A DNA stretch of 64,000 bases from an uncultured Bacteroides sp. Its GTDB lineage: Bacteria; Bacteroidota; Bacteroidia; Bacteroidales; GCA-2748055. The notes under the pieces were generated by a model. That model had not been told where the DNA came from and searched no databases. It saw only the letters and a list, made by a program, of their open reading frames with translations. The stretch's first letter is position 1. Each line of letters opens with the position of its first letter. Of this stretch, positions 1-8,368 are shown piece after piece. The stretch is taken from assembly GCA_964604655.1 (NCBI GenBank), contig CAZRZY010000001.1, forward strand, positions 80 to 64,079, in the 5' to 3' direction. Both the position numbers and the translations under genes were made by a program.

Positions 1-72
1 TCCCGTACCTCAGACTGTAATATGAGTGACAGTTCAAATACACTTTCGACTTTCGACTTGCTGCGGGTATCG

Positions 73-1335
73 CTAGCGATACCAGTAGCGGTATCTGCGG
101 TTTTTCAGGTTATCCACCTGCTGCCTCTCCTCGGGCCTGGGTACTGCCTTCTGCTCATCGTTCTCTTCCTGGCGGGCATCCAGTTCCCGGAGCTGCATGC
201 CGCTGGCCTTCCTGACCGCATCGGACCCGAAGCGCTTGCGCATACGGTCCAGGGCCAGGTAAAGGCGGACCATCTCGGAGGTATCCTCGAAGAGGTCCAG
301 CTGCTGGGTACCCCTGATCAGGCCCGAGAAACGAACCCCTACCAGGCGTATAAGCATGCGCCGCTGGTAGAGACGGTCGAACAGCTCCCTGGCCACCGGC
401 ATAAGCACGTGATCGAAACAGGTGTAGGGAACCCGCTTCTGCAGGGTATGGGTATCGAAATTGGAGTAACGGATCTTCACGGTGACAACGGAAACCAGCT
501 TCTCTTCCTTTCGCAACTGGAAGGTCAGCTTCTCCACCATGGAGGTGAGCAGATCCCGCAGGCCGGCCACATCCATGGTATCGCGCTGGAAGGTGCGCTC
601 GCTGCCGATGGATTTGCGCTCGGAGTATTGCTCCACAGGTGTAGGGTCGATGCCGTTGGCCTTCTTCCAGATCACCATCCCGTTTTTTCCCAGCAGGCTC
701 TCCATCATCTCGACAGGGATTGCTCCCAGGGTACCGATGGTGCCGATGCCCATGGAACGGAGCAGATGGAAGGTGCGCTGGCCGATCATTGGAATCTTCC
801 GGATGGATAGGGGAGAGAGGAAGGGCTTTACCTGTCCGCCGGGGACCTCGATCTCTCCGTTGGGTTTCGCCTCCCCGGTGGCGATCTTCGAAACGGTCTT
901 GTTGACCGAGAGGCCACAGGAGATAGGGAGGCCTGTCTGCTTTATGATGCGCTGCCTCAGTTCACGGGTCCACTCCATGCACCCGAAAAAGCGGTCCATT
1001 CCGGTGATATCCAGGTAGTGTTCGTCGATGGAGGATTTTTCATATACCGGGGCCTGCTCGGAAATGATATCCGTGACCATTCTGGAGTACCTGCTGTAGG
1101 CATCCATATCCCCCCGGATCACAATGGCCTCGCTGCAAAGCGAGCGGGCCATCTTCATGGGCATGGCCGAATGAACCCCGTAACGCCTCGCCTCATAACT
1201 GCAACTGGAAACCACCCCGCGGTCCGACATGCCCCCGATGATCACCGGCTTTCCCATGAGGGTGCTGTTCATCAGCCGCTCCACCGATACAAAGAATGTA
1301 TCCAGATCCATATGCACAATATGTCGCATGATCAA
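73..1335 (-). CDS. dinB: DNA polymerase IV (Y-family translesion polymerase)
   Basis: The N-terminus MIMRHIVHMDLDTFFVSVERL carries the Y-family catalytic DxD-FF motif. SIDEHYLDIT and the little-finger region follow, and the 420-aa length is typical. Confidence 0.9.
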   Translation of the reverse strand: MIMRHIVHMDLDTFFVSVERLMNSTLMGKPVIIGGMSDRGVVSSCSYEARRYGVHSAMPMKMARSLCSEAIVIRGDMDAYSRYSRMVTDIISEQAPVYEKSSIDEHYLDITGMDRFFGCMEWTRELRQRIIKQTGLPISCGLSVNKTVSKIATGEAKPNGEIEVPGGQVKPFLSPLSIRKIPMIGQRTFHLLRSMGIGTIGTLGAIPVEMMESLLGKNGMVIWKKANGIDPTPVEQYSERKSIGSERTFQRDTMDVAGLRDLLTSMVEKLTFQLRKEEKLVSVVTVKIRYSNFDTHTLQKRVPYTCFDHVLMPVARELFDRLYQRRMLIRLVGVRFSGLIRGTQQLDLFEDTSEMVRLYLALDRMRKRFGSDAVRKASGMQLRELDARQEENDEQKAVPRPEERQQVDNLKNRRYRYWYR

Positions 1336-1372
1336 TTCGGTAATTGTGAAACTTTTATTTGTGATTCTCCGA

Positions 1373-1416
1373 TGATTAACCTAAGTTTGATTAGTTTTTA
1401 ATCATTTTATTGATTA
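1373..1416. promoter_or_regulatory. Candidate operator array in the dinB/lexA-like divergent promoter
   Basis: The hexamer TGATTA occurs at 1373-1378, 1388-1393 and 1411-1416, and its complement TAATCA at 1399-1404. This gives an inverted repeat TAATCA-N6-TGATTA (1399-1416) inside the 118-bp divergent intergenic region. Confidence 0.3.
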
Positions 1417-1453
1417 CAATATAACCATTACGAATCGTTCAAACAATAAACGG

Positions 1454-2308
1454 ATGGATTTTAACAGCTATTTTGACTCCAATATCAAGTTCCTGCGGAA
1501 ACGCAGAAAGCGCACCCAGGACGAGGTGGCCGCGCAGCTGAATATGAAGCGTTCCACCCTGAGCGGGTACGAAAACCGGGTGGCACAGCCCGGAGTGGAA
1601 GTGCTGCTGCAATTTGCAGCGTACTACCATCTGGCCATCGATACCTTACTGAAAGTGGACCTGTCCGGACTGAGCGAGACCCAGTTGCGGCAGCTGGAAA
1701 ACGGGGAGGATGTCTTCATAAGGGGTGGGAACCTGAGAATACTGGCCTCTACCGTAAATCCTTCCAACGAGGAAAATATTGAACTGGTGCCGGTAAAAGC
1801 ACAGGCCGGGTATACCCGGGGTTTTTCCGACCCGGAATATATCAGTGAACTTCAGGTATTCCAGTTGCCTTTCCTCTCCCGGGAGAAGAAGTACCGGACG
1901 TTTCAGCTGCAGGGCGATTCGATGCTCCCCATCCCCGAACGGTCATGGGTCACCGGTGAATTCGTACTCGACTGGCGAGAAGTGAAGACCGGGGAAGCGT
2001 GCATCATCCTCACCTCTGATGAAGGGATCGTCTTCAAGATCGTGGAGAACCGGATCGAAAAGGAAGGAGTGCTGATCCTCTACTCACTGAACCCCGTGTA
2101 TGAGCCCTATGAGGTAAGGGCAGGTGAAATCCGGGAAATCTGGAGGTTTGTCCACTTCATCAGTCAGGAGATCCCTGAACCCCTGGTTCCGGAAAACCAG
2201 CTGGTGAGGACAGTGGCCAGACTGAAGCAGGAAATGGACCGGTTCAAATTGAATTTCAGGGAGGGGACCGAAACGAAGGAACATAGTGATGATGCGGGGG
2301 TGGTTTAA
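1454..2308 (+). CDS. XRE/CI-type HTH fused to S24 peptidase (non-canonical LexA-like SOS repressor)
   Basis: The N-terminal HTH is FLRKRRKRTQDEVAAQLNMKRSTLSGYENR. The C-terminal S24 autopeptidase has GDSM (Ser nucleophile) and a downstream VFKIV Lys. The gene is divergent from dinB. Confidence 0.8.
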   Translation: MDFNSYFDSNIKFLRKRRKRTQDEVAAQLNMKRSTLSGYENRVAQPGVEVLLQFAAYYHLAIDTLLKVDLSGLSETQLRQLENGEDVFIRGGNLRILASTVNPSNEENIELVPVKAQAGYTRGFSDPEYISELQVFQLPFLSREKKYRTFQLQGDSMLPIPERSWVTGEFVLDWREVKTGEACIILTSDEGIVFKIVENRIEKEGVLILYSLNPVYEPYEVRAGEIREIWRFVHFISQEIPEPLVPENQLVRTVARLKQEMDRFKLNFREGTETKEHSDDAGVV

Positions 2309-2907
2309 TTCAGGCCGAAATCATTTCCCAACAGGGCCTCCTGCTTGCGGATCATCTTCAGATACCGCAGTTGTCCTGCCAGGTATCTCTCTTTCTGTTT
2401 TCCGTTGGGCATGCAGATGAACTGATATTTATCCTCGGAAGGAAGATTGAGTGCTCTCATGACATCCTGCCGTGTAATATGATCTTTTTCGCTATCCTCC
2501 AAAAACTGCCGGTCGAACTGTTCCCTGTATTCTTTGATCAATACAATCAGCTCCTGATTTTCCAGCGGGTCGGAACATGGAATCCGCCTCACGGCACCGC
2601 CTGCATAGAGTTTTCCTTCCAGCTGCTTGCTGAAGCTGATGATCTGTACCACGGCTACTGCTTCGACAGTGATCACCATTCTGCCCCCGGGATTGTCGGC
2701 CACCACCTCCTTCAGTCGCACTTCGCATCCAAATTCCTGTATTTGCTGATCTATGATAAAAGGAATGGCGAAAGATATACCAGTGGTCCTTGCATCTTCG
2801 ATCAGCTGGCGATATCTGGGCTCGAAAATACGCAGAGGTATATCCTCACCCGGCAGGAGAAATACACTCAGGGGGAAAAAAGGCAGTTTATGTTGTTTTT
2901 GTTCCAT
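2305..2907 (-). CDS. Lon protease N-terminal (substrate-binding) domain protein, stand-alone
   Basis: LPFFPLSVFLLPGEDIPLRIFEPRYRQLIEDA is the hallmark start of the LON N-domain. At 200 aa it has no AAA+ or protease domain. Its 3' end overlaps the lexA-like gene by 4 nt in convergent orientation. Confidence 0.75.
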   Translation of the reverse strand: MEQKQHKLPFFPLSVFLLPGEDIPLRIFEPRYRQLIEDARTTGISFAIPFIIDQQIQEFGCEVRLKEVVADNPGGRMVITVEAVAVVQIISFSKQLEGKLYAGGAVRRIPCSDPLENQELIVLIKEYREQFDRQFLEDSEKDHITRQDVMRALNLPSEDKYQFICMPNGKQKERYLAGQLRYLKMIRKQEALLGNDFGLN

Positions 2908-3004
2908 GTACAGAGGTATCCATCCATAAACAATTCATCTTTCACAATTGTTTAGCTGACGGATGCCGGGATGGATCCGAAGTTTACTTAATTCCACTTT
3001 TCCC

Positions 3005-3730
3005 ATGTGTTTCACCATCGAGGTTCACCTGAACAGAAAAGCCATTGAAAACAGGTTTAAGGTGGACACCTCCAGGCTTTTCGAATTCGATTTCAATTAC
3101 TTCTACAAAGCGTTCACCCATCCCGCAATCCCGGTCATTTCGCAAAAGGAACCTCATCTTGCCATTCTCATGGATTGGGGACTTATCCCGGGCTGGTCTT
3201 CCGACCGGGATAAGGCCGAGCAAATAAGAAAAGGAACCTATAATGCAAGGGCGGAAACATTGCATGAAAAACCGGCATTCCGAAAAGCTTTTCAGCAGGG
3301 GAGATGCCTGGTCATTGCACATGGTTTTTTCGAATGGCAGCATAAAGAAGGGCAAAAGATCCCCTGGTACATACGCCTGAAAAATGAAAAGCCCTTCGTT
3401 TTCGCAGGGCTTCATGATACCTGGGCCGATCCTGCTACCGGTGAGATCCTGCAAACCTTCTCCATTGTCACCACCAGAGCCAATCCCTTGATGGAGCATA
3501 TACACAATACAAAAAAGCGAATGCCGGTCATACTTCCAGAAGCTCGTGAAATGGAGTGGATCCATGAAGAGATGTCCCTGCGTCAGGCGAGGCAGTTGCT
3601 CCTTCCGTTTGATGAAAAGGAACTCCATGCGCATACCATATCGCCCATGGTTTCCTCTCCAGGGGTGAAACCCGATGATCCAGCCATAGTGGAACCTTAT
3701 TCCAATCCCCCCTCAGAGGAGTTGTTCTGA
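3005..3730 (+). CDS. SOS response-associated peptidase (SRAP/YedK/HMCES family, abasic-site DNA-protein crosslink)
   Basis: I moved the start to the ATG at 3005 so the protein begins MC (catalytic Cys2). NARAET, GFFEW, IVTTRAN and KRMPVIL match SRAP family motifs. Confidence 0.85.
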   Translation: MCFTIEVHLNRKAIENRFKVDTSRLFEFDFNYFYKAFTHPAIPVISQKEPHLAILMDWGLIPGWSSDRDKAEQIRKGTYNARAETLHEKPAFRKAFQQGRCLVIAHGFFEWQHKEGQKIPWYIRLKNEKPFVFAGLHDTWADPATGEILQTFSIVTTRANPLMEHIHNTKKRMPVILPEAREMEWIHEEMSLRQARQLLLPFDEKELHAHTISPMVSSPGVKPDDPAIVEPYSNPPSEELF

Positions 3731-3871
3731 TTCAGATATTAACAATGACTATTCAAAAAGCACAATGCTAGTTGACTGAATGGGAAATTATTACATATTT
3801 TCGTTAACACATATTTAACCTTTTGTTAATAAAATCTGTTCATTCAATGTTCACTTCTTCGGTTCGGAAAA

Positions 3872-3903
3872 TTTGGACTGAAATCTCAAAGCGTATACAT
3901 TTG
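3872..3903 (+). promoter_or_regulatory. Bacteroidetes-type promoter (-33 TTTG / -7 TAnnTTTG) with no downstream ORF
   Basis: TTTG lies at 3872-3875, followed by a 20-nt spacer and TACATTTG at 3896-3903. The predicted transcription start is near 3908-3912, at the edge of a GC-rich structured block. Confidence 0.4.
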
Positions 3904-3907
3904 ATAA

Positions 3908-4326
3908 CATCAAGTGAGCGATAAAAGGCCACTCCGTTCTTTAAATGATGTGAGTCATTGCTTCGGGTCGCCCCGAAGCCTGAACACGAGTCACATGAGC
4001 AACTAACCAGGTATTGAAGTTGCTCTGCCGGTCCTCGGACCGGGCTGACGACTCTGATGCGGGAACTTCCCCCGGGTTGTTTCCGATGTCAACGTGGAAA
4101 CCGTAGAGTACCTGAAAACGCGGTGAAAACGGTCTTCAGTTGAGCATCTATCCCTGTCTCCGGACAAATGGATGCAAGTTGTCCGATTCGTCGGGCAGCG
4201 AAGGGAAAGTGAGGTTATGCTTCACCCTCCGGTCAAAATAACCGTAGCTTGACGCGAACTGGCAGCTACGGGTGCCAGCAAGCGGAATGGGAACCAGATG
4301 AAAATTTGGCTCCCATTCGTGTTTTA
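3908..4326 (+). ncRNA. Candidate structured non-coding RNA (~0.4 kb), family unknown
   Basis: The block has no credible ORF and is GC-rich between AT-rich flanks. It has many perfect stems: 3960-3967/3972-3979, 3997-4003/4019-4025, 4028-4033/4038-4043, 4079-4084/4096-4101 and 4242-4249/4264-4271. A terminal hairpin 4285-4292/4311-4318 is followed by GTGTTTTA. Confidence 0.45.
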
Positions 4327-4620
4327 CAGCCCTTCCATTCCGATCTTTTGACCAACTCCATTTTCACGGTTGCCAACGGGGATAAACGGTCTCCCAAAGC
4401 AGTGTTTTTTGTGCGAAGAGCTTTTTATTTTACAGCATATATATCTATTCGCAATCATCGTCTAAACATCTTAATCCTCCCATTACTAATAATTTGCGTC
4501 TTTAAATTTCGGATTGTTGATATCGAAAGTTTGAACAAAATCGCAGGAATTTGATTTAACTGTAATTTTATATATGTGCAAAACGCTGCAGCGGAGAAAA
4601 GAAATTTACAGGCAATACCG

Positions 4621-5952
4621 ATGATTAAGAAAACAGGTATTTTTATATCACTCTTCTTGGTATTTTTTTTCGGGGAGACAGCCATCTCCTTCTCCGATAA
4701 GGGATACCCCTCACTGCTTCAGGATGAGGAAATTCCATTTTCATTGCTGCTGGACAACCATTTTTCAGATTACGATGAAACGGAAGTGATTGACCGGAAG
4801 GTGGAGCATTTTATTTCGAGCTGGAGGATACAGGGGGCCAGTGTTGCCATCACGAAAGATGAACGGCTTGTTTACGCCAAGGGGTTCGGGGTGGCTAACA
4901 GCGAGACCGGTGAAACCGTTCAGCCGGGCCATCTCTTTCGTATTGCATCTGTCTCGAAGCTGATCACTGCTGTGGCAGTGCTGAAATTGGTGGAAAATGA
5001 GATCCTGGATCTGGATGATCAGGTTTTTGGACCTGAAGGTATTCTAAACGACTCCATTTTCCTGGATTACAGGGATCTTCGTGTGGAGCAGATCAAAGTC
5101 AAACATCTTTTGAACCATACGGCCGGCTGGTCCCGGTATTCGGGCGATCCCATGTTCAACTCCCTTTATATAGCCAGGAAAATGGAGGTGAGTCCCCCGG
5201 CAGGACTGGAGTACATTATTGCCTTTGCACTGGCCAATAGACTGAATTACAGACCCGGAACCAGATACAGTTATTCCAATCTGGGGTATGCCATCCTTGG
5301 TAAAATTATTGAGCGTAAAAGCGGAATGCCCTATCAGGATTATGTGGTGATGAACATTCTGAAACCGCTGGATATCCATGATATGCATATCGGCAAGAGC
5401 TACTATCATGAAAAATACCCGAATGAGGTCCGATATCACAGCAGTTCAGGAAGTATGACCGCCTATGACATAGACGGGTCGGGACAAAAGGTTCCCATAT
5501 TTTACGGAGGAAACCACATTGAACTCCTGGGACCTGCAGGAGGATGGGTAGCCTCGGCTCCCGAGCTGATCAAATTTCTGACCGCTATTGATGGATTTCC
5601 CGGCCAACCCGATATTCTGGGTCAGCCAACCATCGACCAGATGGCCGATCCCCACGAAGCCGGACGGGGTTTATTCGGATGGCGGGGAAGCAACCGGTAT
5701 GGTACCTGGTGGCGAACAGGCTATCTGACCGGATCATCGGCGTTGATGGTCCGGCAGAAGGACGGCTTGAACTGGGTGGTTATGATTAATACCAGTACCT
5801 TTAAGCATTCCAGGATACACAGGTATGTCTCCGGCATGATGTTCGGAGCTGTCAGCCAGGTAGAAAGCTGGCCTTTCATTGACCTGTTTTCCATGGAATC
5901 GGAAGAGCCGGAACCCATAAGCAAAATCCCTGCAACCAATCCAAAACTTTAA
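4621..5952 (+). CDS. Serine hydrolase, beta-lactamase/PBP (class C-like) family, membrane-anchored or secreted
   Basis: The SxxK motif sits in FRIASVSKLITAVAV, and YSNLGY is the Tyr-x-Asn region. I took the start at ATG 4621 (MIKKTGIFISLFLVFFF, a hydrophobic signal) rather than the GTG at 4576. Confidence 0.8.
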   Translation: MIKKTGIFISLFLVFFFGETAISFSDKGYPSLLQDEEIPFSLLLDNHFSDYDETEVIDRKVEHFISSWRIQGASVAITKDERLVYAKGFGVANSETGETVQPGHLFRIASVSKLITAVAVLKLVENEILDLDDQVFGPEGILNDSIFLDYRDLRVEQIKVKHLLNHTAGWSRYSGDPMFNSLYIARKMEVSPPAGLEYIIAFALANRLNYRPGTRYSYSNLGYAILGKIIERKSGMPYQDYVVMNILKPLDIHDMHIGKSYYHEKYPNEVRYHSSSGSMTAYDIDGSGQKVPIFYGGNHIELLGPAGGWVASAPELIKFLTAIDGFPGQPDILGQPTIDQMADPHEAGRGLFGWRGSNRYGTWWRTGYLTGSSALMVRQKDGLNWVVMINTSTFKHSRIHRYVSGMMFGAVSQVESWPFIDLFSMESEEPEPISKIPATNPKL

Positions 5953-6012
5953 CGACTTTCCTGCGCGTAAAAGGATTTTCCTTATATCTTTGATCTACCC
6001 TTGGTGTGCCTG

Positions 6013-6942
6013 ATGGAGCTTTCTTCGGTCCAATACATAGCGTCTTCCGATCTCACTGATTTTTTACCGGACCTCTTTATCACTACCCTGGGCTATGAAT
6101 CGCGCTGCACAACCATTGCCCGGTTAATCGAAAAGGTGCCATGCCGCAAGATAGCCCTTTCACGTACAGATCATGTAAGGGGGTTTGCATTCCAGCAGAA
6201 TAAAACCTACTATGAAGCGCAGCAATACGAAATAATCGCTTTAGAAAAGAGAGTGCCGGAGATGAAAGAGATTACCGGGACCATCTCCGGACCGGGAGAA
6301 GAGTTGAATATCCTGATGGATTGCACAAGCATGTCTCCCCGATGGTATTTTGAAATATTTAGCTGGTTTGCCGATCATACGGAAGGATATTCGAGGGTTA
6401 CTTTACGGATCGCATACACGCTTGCAAAATTCACCAACCAGGACCCGGTCAGAAAGGTCCGCCGACTTCGTGAGGTGGTCAAACCCGAACGTAACAGAAA
6501 AAGCAGCAAATCGGTTCTGATCCTGGGATTGGGGCATGAAAGAAGCGTCGGAGAGGCTCTGCTGAAAAGGGTGAAGTCCGATCGGCTTTACCTGTTCTAT
6601 GCCGACCCTCCTGTCGATAAACAGTTCGTGGAGAAGGTTTTTGTAAATAATCATGCGCTGATCAATGAGGTGCCCATCAGAAATCTGATAGCTTACCCCA
6701 TCAGAAACGGGCAGCAGATATATCAAAGTCTGATCGACATCATCCTGCCCCTGCGTAAGGATCATTCCATTACTCTGATACCTCATGGTCCGAAGATCTT
6801 CTCCATAGTAGCCATGCTTATATATGTGGGATACCCCGATATTCAGATCAGCCATCCCGAATTCAAGAAGCCTCCCGATGACGACCGCCTGCCCTGGGAT
6901 GAGCCTGTAGTTATCGATGCCCTCTTCGAGGATGACGATTAA
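6013..6942 (+). CDS. Hypothetical protein, no recognisable family
   Basis: This is a long ORF with coding-like composition and an acidic C-terminus (FEDDD). It has two beta-alpha-like halves (LFITTLGYESR ... NILMDCTSMSP, and SVLILGLGHERS ... ITLIPHGPK). The start is uncertain (TTG 6001 or ATG 6013). Confidence 0.5.
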   Translation: MELSSVQYIASSDLTDFLPDLFITTLGYESRCTTIARLIEKVPCRKIALSRTDHVRGFAFQQNKTYYEAQQYEIIALEKRVPEMKEITGTISGPGEELNILMDCTSMSPRWYFEIFSWFADHTEGYSRVTLRIAYTLAKFTNQDPVRKVRRLREVVKPERNRKSSKSVLILGLGHERSVGEALLKRVKSDRLYLFYADPPVDKQFVEKVFVNNHALINEVPIRNLIAYPIRNGQQIYQSLIDIILPLRKDHSITLIPHGPKIFSIVAMLIYVGYPDIQISHPEFKKPPDDDRLPWDEPVVIDALFEDDD

Positions 6943-7010
6943 AAACATTTTAAGGGCATGCTTGTTATACCAACGAATTATAATCCACACCTCAATCAAC
7001 TAATTTTTAT

Positions 7011-8363
7011 ATGGCCAGTTTCGATATCATCATGCCGAAGATGGGTGAAAGTATTGAGGAGGCAACCATCACCAATTGGTTTGTTAAAGAGGGCGATCAG
7101 GTGGAAGAGGAAGATATTCTTCTGGAGATCGCCACAGACAAGGTTGATTCCGAAATACCCTCTCCTGTCGATGGAGTAGTCAAAAAAATCTTATTCGCAC
7201 AGGATGAAGTGGTGGCCGTCGGCACTGTCATTGCAGTGATAGACATGGATGGAGAACCCTCAACGGAAGATTCGGAAGAACCTTCGGGGGAGGAGACTAA
7301 ACCTGATGCGGAGCCTTCAGTGGATGCGGAGCCTGAGAAAGATGATCAACCAGTGTCGTCCCCGGGCGATAACATATCCTCTTCCTCCGAACGATTTTAC
7401 TCCCCCTTGGTAAAGAAAATAGCCAGGGAGGAGAACATCACCCAGGAAAAACTGGATCGCATGGAGGGAAGCGGTCTGAATGGAAGGGTTCAGAAGAATG
7501 ACATACTGCGTTATCTGGATCAAAGGCAGGGAGCAGGCGGCAAGGAGGAAATCCTCGATACCGAACCACAGAAGGAACGGCCGAAAAAAGAACAACCAGC
7601 TCCGGCAACGACGTCCGGAGAGAACAAACGGGCCACCACAGATAGTGGCGACGAGGTGGTCGAGATGTCCAGGATGCGAAAGCTCATCGCCGGGCATATG
7701 ACCCGCTCCAAACAGACTTCGGCTCATGTGACCAATATGCTCGAAGTGGATGTGACCAATGTGGTGAACTGGAGAAACCGGGTGAAGGAAGATTTCCTGA
7801 AGAGAGAAGGAGTCAAGCTTACTTACCTGCCGGTTTTCCTGGAGGCAACGGTCAAAGCTCTGAAAGAATTCCCCCAGATCAATGCATCCGTGGAGGGTGA
7901 CAGGATCATACTGAAACGAAGGATCAATCTGGGGGTGGCCGTTTCGCTGCCGGGGTATAATCTGATCGTTCCCAACATCAAGGATGCCGATACACTGAAC
8001 CTCTCCGGACTGACCAGGAAAATGAATGAGCTGGCCGATGCGGCACGCTCCAATAAGCTGAACCCGGACGACATCAGCGGCGGCACCTTTACGGTGACCA
8101 ATTTCGGTTCGTTCCAGAACGATATCGGAACACCGATTATCAATCAGCCCGAAGTGGCTATTCTGGCGGTAGGTGCCATCAAGAAAAAAACCGCCGTGAT
8201 AGAAACCAGAGAGGGAGATATGATTGGCATCCGACAGAAAATGTGGCTTTCGCTCACTTATGATCACAGAATCATAGATGGTGCCCTGGGCGGGGCTTTT
8301 CTGAAGCGTCTGAGCGATTACCTGGAATCATTCGATCCCCATTCCGGAACATTCAAACTCTGA
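7011..8363 (+). CDS. 2-oxoacid dehydrogenase E2 (dihydrolipoamide acyltransferase)
   Basis: The lipoyl domain is IMPKMGESIEEATITNW...LEIATDKV. An acidic/Pro linker and an E3-binding-like segment follow. The catalytic domain has the DHRIIDG motif. Confidence 0.9.
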   Translation: MASFDIIMPKMGESIEEATITNWFVKEGDQVEEEDILLEIATDKVDSEIPSPVDGVVKKILFAQDEVVAVGTVIAVIDMDGEPSTEDSEEPSGEETKPDAEPSVDAEPEKDDQPVSSPGDNISSSSERFYSPLVKKIAREENITQEKLDRMEGSGLNGRVQKNDILRYLDQRQGAGGKEEILDTEPQKERPKKEQPAPATTSGENKRATTDSGDEVVEMSRMRKLIAGHMTRSKQTSAHVTNMLEVDVTNVVNWRNRVKEDFLKREGVKLTYLPVFLEATVKALKEFPQINASVEGDRIILKRRINLGVAVSLPGYNLIVPNIKDADTLNLSGLTRKMNELADAARSNKLNPDDISGGTFTVTNFGSFQNDIGTPIINQPEVAILAVGAIKKKTAVIETREGDMIGIRQKMWLSLTYDHRIIDGALGGAFLKRLSDYLESFDPHSGTFKL

Positions 8364-8368
8364 TCTCA

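Noticed and set aside
3908-4326. Could the structured RNA be RNase P RNA, tmRNA, 6S/SRP RNA or a common riboswitch?
   Set aside because: By eye, neither strand has a GAGGAAAGUCCGG-type RNase P core. There is no tmRNA tag ORF ending in ALAA, no TpsiC-arm/ACCA 3' end, and no B12 box, TPP (CUGAGA...ACCUGA) or FMN core. The length does not fit 6S or SRP RNA. This is a visual check only, and cmscan is still required.
4249-4554. A 101-aa track ORF sits in the gene-free gap. Mini-ORFs lie inside the RNA block, for example a 28-aa ORF starting at 4058.
   Set aside because: The 101-aa ORF starts inside the terminal stems of the RNA candidate and runs through AT-rich promoter DNA, giving a low-complexity Ile/Phe-rich tail. 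The mini-ORFs have no conservation cues and are as expected by chance.
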